Positions 7,704-13,866 of a stretch of DNA of 13,866 bases are shown here, piece after piece. The notes under the pieces are model-generated. The model was given only the letters and a program-made list of their open reading frames with translations. It was not told the DNA's origin and ran no database searches. A program made the translations under genes and the position numbers. Each line of letters opens with the position of its first letter. Position 1 is the stretch's first letter. Location: NCBI GenBank assembly GCA_031370785.1, contig JANMQY010000020.1, forward strand, positions 1 through 13,866. Reading direction: 5' to 3'. The stretch comes from Candidatus Eiseniibacteriota bacterium. GTDB lineage: Bacteria > Eisenbacteria > RBG-16-71-46.

Positions 7704-10106
7704 GTGTCGAAAGACGACCGGAATGTAATCGCACATCTTGAGGAGCGGCTGGCGCAGAGCCCGGATCCGTCCGGCGACGCGCTTGCCGAGCTCGAGATGC
7801 TTGCGGATCTCTATATCCAGGCGGACAGCCACCTGCCCGCGCTGGAGACGATCGACCGTCTGCTCTCGTTGCCTGCCGCGCGGACCCTGTCCGTAACCCG
7901 CCGTGCGGCGCTCGAGAGCAAGGCGATTTCGTGCCGCATCGCACAGGGCCAGGTTCAGGCCGCACTGGCCCAGGTTCGCGAAGTGCTTCAGCGCGAGTCC
8001 ACGATCGAGTCGCCGCAGGTGCGCTCGCGCCTGCATCTGCAGTGCTCGGCCGCTCTGTTCCAGCTCGGTCGGCTCGTCGAGAGCCGCGAGAGCGCGAGCC
8101 AGGCGCTTGGTCTCGCCGACGTCTGCGGGGACCTGGCGCTCTCGGCCCAGGCCATCAACTATCAGGGCCGCACGCTGTATCGCGAGGGTGATCTGGCCGG
8201 GGCGCGCGATCACTACGAGCACGCGCTCGCGCTGTATCGCCGGGTGGGCGACGAGGCCAGCAGCGCGCACCTGCGCAACAACCTCGGTCTCATCCACAAG
8301 AATCTGTGCGAGTGGGAAACGGCGGCCGCGCATCTCACCGCGGCGCTCGAGATCCATCGCGCGGCGTCGCGATTCGGCGAGGCCGGCTACCCGCTGATGC
8401 ACCTCGGGATCGTCTACCAGAAGAGCGGCGACTGGACCCGCGCTCAGGAACACTACGTCGAGGCGGAGCGGGTGTTCTCGCAGGTCGGAGATCAGCTGGG
8501 TCTCGTCCGGACCGGGATCGGCCTTGGCAACATTGCGAGGCTGCAGCGCCGATTCAGCGACGCCGAGACCCTGCTGCTCGCCGCCCTCGAACGCGCACGA
8601 GTGTGCGGCGCACGGCGCGAAGAGGTGCTGGCCATGGAGTTCCTCGGCGAGGTCGACTTCGACCGCGGTCGGGCCCCTCATGCAATCACGCGCTACGACG
8701 AAGCGCTGCCGATGGCCGAGCGCATCGCGCCCGAGGGCGACCTGGTGGTCGAGCTCGAGCGCCGTCGCGCCGAGGCCCTGCTCGCGACCGGGCGGCTCGA
8801 CGATGCGGAAGTGGCGTGCGCGCGCGCGCTGCGGCTGGCGCGTGCGACCGATGATCGGCTCGAGCACGCCGTGGCGCACCGGGTGGCGGGCGACATCGCC
8901 GCGGGGCGCGGTCGACGCGAAGAGTCGACCGAGCTGTGGAGGTCCGCGGCGCTGCTTCTGACGCAGTGCCGCGAACGTCTGGAGCTGGGCCGCACCTATC
9001 TTGCGCTCGGTCGCGCGACCGAGGATCCGCGCGAGGCGCGGCGTCACCTGTACCTGGCTGGCGGGCTGTTCTCCGAGCTGGGAAGCGCCCACTGGCTCGA
9101 ACAGTCCGAGTCCGAGCTGCAGCGCCTGCTCGGTCCGACGGACCCCGCGCCGATGCGTCCCGCATCACTGCTCGGCCGGCGCCACCGTGCGCCGAGCCTG
9201 GTGGCCTGCTCGGGCGCGATGTACCGGGTCGAGAGCCTGGCGCGCCGGGCGGCGATGACCGAGCTGTCGGTGCTGATCACCGGCGAAACCGGGACCGGCA
9301 AGGAGCTGGTGGCGCGCACCATTCACTCGCTGTCGACGCGCGCCCAGCGGCCGTTCCTCGCGATCAACTGCGGCGCGCTGCGCGCAGACCTCGCGCTCTC
9401 TCAGCTGTTCGGGCACCGCAAGGGCGCGTTCACCGGGGCGCACGCCGAGGGCATCGGTCTGGTCGAGGCCGCGCACGGCGGCACGCTGTTCCTCGACGAG
9501 GTCGGAGAGCTTCCGCACGACGTCCAGGTGACGCTGCTGCGCTTCCTCGAGAGCGGCGAATACCTGCGCCTCGGCGAGACCCAGGTGCGGCGCGCGGACG
9601 TGCGCATGATCGCGGCCACCAACCGCGAGCTGCGCGGGGACGCCGGTGAGCGCGTGTTCCGCCGCGACCTGCTGTTCCGCCTGAACGAGATCGAGATCCT
9701 GGTGCCGACGCTCGCCGATCGGCTCGACGACGTGGTGCCGCTGGCGCGCCACTTCCTCGCGTTTTACGGCGGGATCGATGGCCCGCGCCTCGCCGCCGAC
9801 GCCGAGGCCGTGCTCACCTCCTATGCGTGGCCCGGTAACGTTCGAGAGCTCGAGAACGTCATGAAGCGCGTGGCCGCTCTGCACTCGGGCGACAGCCTGG
9901 TGGACGCAGATGCCCTGCTGCCGTTCCTGGCGCATCCGCCGCTGCGCACCAACGGCGACGTGGCGCTGGCGAGCGACGAGCGAAGCGCCATCCTCTCGGC
10001 GTACCGCGAGGCGCACGGCAACAAGAGCCGGGTAGCCGAGCTGCTGGGAGTGAGCCGCAAGACGCTCTATGCGCGCATCCGCCGGCTCAACATCGATCTG
10101 CACTAG
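7704..10106 (+). CDS. Sigma54-dependent enhancer-binding protein with long N-terminal TPR region, AAA+ domain and Fis-type HTH
   Basis: About 480 aa of TPR-like helical repeats (e.g. [54 protein letters not shown]). Walker A GETGTGKE, intact GAFTGA, Walker B FLDEVG and [11 protein letters not shown]-terminal [24 protein letters not shown]. No receiver or GAF domain is recognisable. GTG start after GGAG. Confidence 0.93.
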   Translation: MSKDDRNVIAHLEERLAQSPDPSGDALAELEMLADLYIQADSHLPALETIDRLLSLPAARTLSVTRRAALESKAISCRIAQGQVQAALAQVREVLQRESTIESPQVRSRLHLQCSAALFQLGRLVESRESASQALGLADVCGDLALSAQAINYQGRTLYREGDLAGARDHYEHALALYRRVGDEASSAHLRNNLGLIHKNLCEWETAAAHLTAALEIHRAASRFGEAGYPLMHLGIVYQKSGDWTRAQEHYVEAERVFSQVGDQLGLVRTGIGLGNIARLQRRFSDAETLLLAALERARVCGARREEVLAMEFLGEVDFDRGRAPHAITRYDEALPMAERIAPEGDLVVELERRRAEALLATGRLDDAEVACARALRLARATDDRLEHAVAHRVAGDIAAGRGRREESTELWRSAALLLTQCRERLELGRTYLALGRATEDPREARRHLYLAGGLFSELGSAHWLEQSESELQRLLGPTDPAPMRPASLLGRRHRAPSLVACSGAMYRVESLARRAAMTELSVLITGETGTGKELVARTIHSLSTRAQRPFLAINCGALRADLALSQLFGHRKGAFTGAHAEGIGLVEAAHGGTLFLDEVGELPHDVQVTLLRFLESGEYLRLGETQVRRADVRMIAATNRELRGDAGERVFRRDLLFRLNEIEILVPTLADRLDDVVPLARHFLAFYGGIDGPRLAADAEAVLTSYAWPGNVRELENVMKRVAALHSGDSLVDADALLPFLAHPPLRTNGDVALASDERSAILSAYREAHGNKSRVAELLGVSRKTLYARIRRLNIDLH

Positions 10107-10132
10107 CCGCGCGAACCCAGGCACATCCAGTC

Positions 10133-10167
10133 GACGGGCGGAAAGTTCCTCCGCCCGTTTTCTTTTT
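10133..10167 (+). terminator. Rho-independent terminator of the activator operon
   Basis: GACGGGCGGA (10133-10142), 7-nt loop, TCCGCCCGTT (10150-10159), followed by TTCTTTTT. Confidence 0.85.
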
Positions 10168-10199
10168 CCGCGCGCGCGTCCGATCGAGCCGGCGAGGAG

Positions 10200-10300
10200 T
10201 GTCACCCTGTCACCCTGCGGGTAACACTGTCACACCTTGCGCTGGCCCTGCGCGTTGCCGCATCTCGCCGGGCGCGCGAGTGTTACCTGCGATGGTGACA
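10200..10300. promoter_or_regulatory. Candidate enhancer (UAS) sites for the adjacent sigma54 activator
   Basis: Inverted repeats TGTCACC-N5-GGTAACA (10208-10226) and TGTTACC-N6-GGTGACA (10281-10300), plus extra TGTCAC half-sites at 10200 and 10228. They lie about 120-220 bp upstream of the -24 element. Confidence 0.7.
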
Positions 10301-10366
10301 ACCCCCTGACGAGATGCCGCGCCCGTCGGCCTGCGCGAACCCGCCGACACGCGATTCGACCAATGA

Positions 10367-10379
10367 AATCAGTGGTCTG
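10367..10379 (+). promoter_or_regulatory. IHF-like site between enhancer and sigma54 promoter
   Basis: AATCAG-TGGT-CTG is a one-mismatch match to WATCAR-N4-TTR, at the position typical of sigma54 promoters. Confidence 0.4.
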
Positions 10380-10418
10380 CAGCACATCGCGAGCGCCATT
10401 CATTCGCCGCCATCGCGC

Positions 10419-10434
10419 TGGCACGCCGCCTGCT
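10419..10434 (+). promoter_or_regulatory. Sigma54 (RpoN) -24/-12 promoter
   Basis: TGGCACG-CCGC-CTGCT, with GG (10420-10421) and GC (10432-10433) separated by exactly 10 nt. Predicted transcription start is near 10445. Confidence 0.88.
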
Positions 10435-10444
10435 CTAGTGACGA

Positions 10445-10934
10445 TCCGGATACGGGAATCGGCTGACTGCGACAGGGAAGGCCGATTCAGATGGTCGAGG
10501 TTCTCCTGGGGGAGGAGGACCTTGAAACTCGGGCGATCAAGGCGTAGATCGGCACCTCCATCGGCGCCTCTGGTCGCCCGAGAGAATTTTCAGGCTGAGT
10601 CAAGGACTGAAGTGCACGGCATGCCGTGCGGGGCTCGTACCCTCACAGTCAGTCGAGTTTGGAATCGGAAACGGGCAGTCGTCTTGCCCCAGCTCGTGCC
10701 TCCGGCAGCGTCGAGAAGCGTCGGCGCATCAATGCGAAAGGGGTGAGAGCAACTCCAGTTCATCAGCCAGTGCAGTCTGGTGAGTAGTGGTTCGCAAACC
10801 AAAAAAACCAAATACGCCCGGTCAACGAAGCCGGGAGCACAGTGGGGTTCATCCCGGTCACTCCCTGTGCTCTCGGGAGAAGGCAGCCAGAGTTCCGAGC
10901 CCGATGGGCTCACGAATCTCTTGGCTGCCTTTTC
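10445..10934 (+). ncRNA. Putative large structured non-coding RNA (or very long structured leader) transcribed from the sigma54 promoter
   Basis: Back-to-back stems at 10456-10488, 10495-10525, 10528-10582, 10614-10629, 10673-10689, 10760-10783, 10789-10800, 10833-10874 and 10877-10934, several with G-U pairs favouring the + strand. No ORF with credible codon usage. I do not recognise the family. Confidence 0.6.
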
Positions 10935-11014
10935 AATTGATGAGCGCGACCGGGGCGAACCCTGATAACCTGTGGCCACCGTCGCCCCCTGGACCCGGTT
11001 ACGAAGGAGCCACC

Positions 11015-11518
11015 ATGAAATCCGCTCGCCCTGTCGCCAAGTTCGCCGCACTGCTGGTATCGGTCACGCTGGTCTATGCTGCGTTCACCGCCTGCTCCAA
11101 GAAGGCCGAGCCGCCCGCGGACACGAGCGGATCATCGACAACGACCACAACCACGACCACGACGCCTCCGTCTTCCGACGCGACCCCGCCCGCGGGCACG
11201 GGCACATCGGGCACGTCCGGCTCGACCGATGCGAGCGCGGTCACCGCGAATCTTGAGCTGGGCGAGCAGGTATACAAGCAGCGCTGCGCGCTCTGCCACG
11301 GTCCGGACGGCCATGGCAATGGCCCCGGCGCGGCGGCGCTCAATCCCAAGCCGAGGAATTACCACGACGCCAAGTACATGAGCACGAAGACCGACGCGGA
11401 GCTGCTCGCCGTCATCCACAACGGCAAGGGCGCGATGCCAGCGTGGAAGGCTATCCTCAACGAGACGCAGATGAAGTCGGTGCTGATGTACGAGAGGACG
11501 TTCGCGGGCAAGCCTTGA
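11015..11518 (+). CDS. Monohaem class I cytochrome c lipoprotein with Thr/Ser/Pro-rich linker
   Basis: RBS GAAGGAG before ATG 11015; lipoprotein signal ending FTA-C; low-complexity STTTTTTTTPPS linker; haem motif CALCH; distal Met in GAMPAW. The 10787 start in the ORF track is too long. Confidence 0.9.
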   Translation: MKSARPVAKFAALLVSVTLVYAAFTACSKKAEPPADTSGSSTTTTTTTTTPPSSDATPPAGTGTSGTSGSTDASAVTANLELGEQVYKQRCALCHGPDGHGNGPGAAALNPKPRNYHDAKYMSTKTDAELLAVIHNGKGAMPAWKAILNETQMKSVLMYERTFAGKP

Positions 11519-11563
11519 GTGGATCACGCTTCTGGCATCGCCAGACCCGCGCCGCGGGGGTGA

Positions 11564-11605
11564 CCCGCATCGGGGCAGGCCCGTATCGGGGCAGCCCGCA
11601 TCGGG
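11564..11605. repeat. Three tandem short palindromic units CCCG(C/T)ATCGGG
   Basis: CCCGCATCGGGGCAGG (11564-11579), CCCGTATCGGGGCAG (11580-11594) and CCCGCATCGGG (11595-11605). Confidence 0.75.
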
Positions 11606-11691
11606 ACCCGCGTCCTGGGGTCGGTTGCGCGGGGAGTGAGTCGAGCGCGGCCGGAGTGGCGCGGAAGGCGGGCCGTGCGGGGGCGCCGATC

Positions 11692-11720
11692 TTGACACCC
11701 CAGTGAGCGATGACTATCTT
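11692..11720 (+). promoter_or_regulatory. Sigma70 promoter of the tRNA-tuf operon
   Basis: TTGACA, 17-nt spacer, TATCTT, followed by a GC-rich discriminator, 32 nt before tRNA-Thr. Confidence 0.85.
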
Positions 11721-11752
11721 GCCGGGGCCCTGATTCACACGGCTCACGGTCC

Positions 11753-11825
11753 GCTGGCGTAGCTCAATTGGTAGAGCATCTCATTTGTAATGAGGTGGTT
11801 GGGGGTTCGAGTCCCTTCGCCAGCT
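11753..11825 (+). tRNA. tRNA-Thr(TGT), CCA not encoded
   Basis: Acceptor stem GCTGGCG/CGCCAGC, D arm AGCTCAATTGGTAGAGC, anticodon loop TT-TGT-AA, T loop GTTCGAG. Confidence 0.95.
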
Positions 11826-11870
11826 ATGATTGCCCGCTGTCGGCCGCCCCGTCGCGGCACTCGAACGGTA

Positions 11871-11956
<86 letters not shown>

Positions 11957-11980
11957 TCCTTTTGCGCAGTATTGATTTGA

Positions 11981-12056
11981 GCGGGAATAGCTCAGTGGCT
12001 AGAGCGTCAGCCTTCCAAGCTGAGGGTCGCGGGTTCGAATCCCGTTTCCCGCTCCA
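11981..12056 (+). tRNA. tRNA-Gly(TCC)
   Basis: GCGGGAA/TTCCCGC acceptor stem, TCAGC-CT-TCC-AA-GCTGA anticodon arm, GGTTCGAATCC, ends TCCA. Confidence 0.97.
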
Positions 12057-12185
12057 TTTTCATCTGTCCCGGGCCCGATTGGCGCGGCTGCCATGCGGAT
12101 CGATGCTCCGGGGAATCCGGCGGGCCGGATCCCTGAAAGCAAGTGTCAGGCCCGCCTTAAATCCGCGCGATAGAAGATTTTCCCG

Positions 12186-12214
12186 TTGACACCCCTCGAA
12201 CCGAGCCATAGATT
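12186..12214 (+). promoter_or_regulatory. Internal sigma70 promoter for tRNA-Thr(GGT) and tuf
   Basis: TTGACA, 17-nt spacer, TAGATT, then the GC-rich discriminator CCCGGG. Confidence 0.8.
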
Positions 12215-12382
12215 CCCGGGCTCGCACCCAGCCCCGACGACCTTCGCAGTGTGAAAGTCGCCTCGGGGTAGTGCGTCTTGAGACCTCAGGACGCTGAGCC
12301 ACGTCTTCAAAGTCCGGTGCAGTACTCCAACACTGCGCGCCATCCGAGCAGTGCTGCCCACCTGGACGTCCCGGATGTCAAA

Positions 12383-12458
12383 GCCCACGTAGCTCAGTCG
12401 GTAGAGCATCTCCATGGTAAGGAGAAGGTCATCGGTTCGATTCCGATCGTGGGCTCCA
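12383..12458 (+). tRNA. tRNA-Thr(GGT)
   Basis: GCCCACG/CGTGGGC acceptor stem, TCTCC-AT-GGT-AA-GGAGA anticodon arm, GGTTCGATTCC, ends TCCA. Confidence 0.97.
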
Positions 12459-12671
12459 GTGTGCGCGCGCGCGCGGATGCACCAGGCGCAAGACGGTGCC
12501 ACTCGGTTCAGGCTGGAGACGGCGCGCGTGTGACGCGACGCGGCCTGAGACTCGTGAACAGGTAGAAGAACAGGCTGGAACGCACCGAACCGGGCCTTGC
12601 GCCCGGCCCTCGAAGGCGATGAAACCGGAAGCATTGAAACCGAAAGCACGCAAAAACAGGAGCCTCAGGAA

Positions 12672-13865
<1,194 letters not shown>

Positions 13866-13866
13866 C

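Noticed and set aside
10522..10746. Possible 74-aa ORF starting at TTG 10522 after GGAGGAGG (part of track ORF 10237-10746)
   Set aside because: Codon usage (AGG, AGA, CGA, TCA, AAA) is unlike the real genes, the RBS is buried in a 13-bp stem and the product is featureless. It cannot be fully excluded without ribosome profiling.
10785..10840. GCAAACC resembling a c-di-GMP-I riboswitch
   Set aside because: The GAAA-capped P2 stem and the GCAAAGC segment are missing.
10787..11014. N-terminal extension of the cytochrome c in the ORF track
   Set aside because: A strong RBS and a lipoprotein signal peptide start at ATG 11015, and the extension overlaps the RNA hairpins.

Overview
A high-GC bacterial chromosomal window with every real gene on the + strand. 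The housekeeping backbone is ispF (3' end), ddl, an M42 aminopeptidase, an MscS channel, cysS, a cytochrome c lipoprotein, tRNA-Thr/Tyr/Gly/Thr and tuf. Two accessory blocks stand out. (1) At 336-2425, two secreted six-repeat NHL beta-propeller paralogues end in an identical TSWGRLKSLYR tail. They are bracketed by three copies of a 25-32 bp pseudo-palindromic DNA site in a site-gene-site-gene-site pattern resembling a cassette array. (2) At 7155-10934, an apparently self-contained signalling module comprises a small secreted protein gene and a TPR-AAA+-HTH sigma54 activator with intact GAFTGA. These are followed by a terminator, two palindromic enhancer-like sites, an IHF-like site and a near-consensus sigma54 -24/-12 promoter, and then about 490 nt of densely hairpinned, apparently non-coding sequence. 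I infer a possible peptide-sensing sigma54 circuit whose output is a large structured RNA. The WGxLKxxYR tail suggests a Candidatus Eisenbacteria/Latescibacteria-like host, but this is from recall and not verified.
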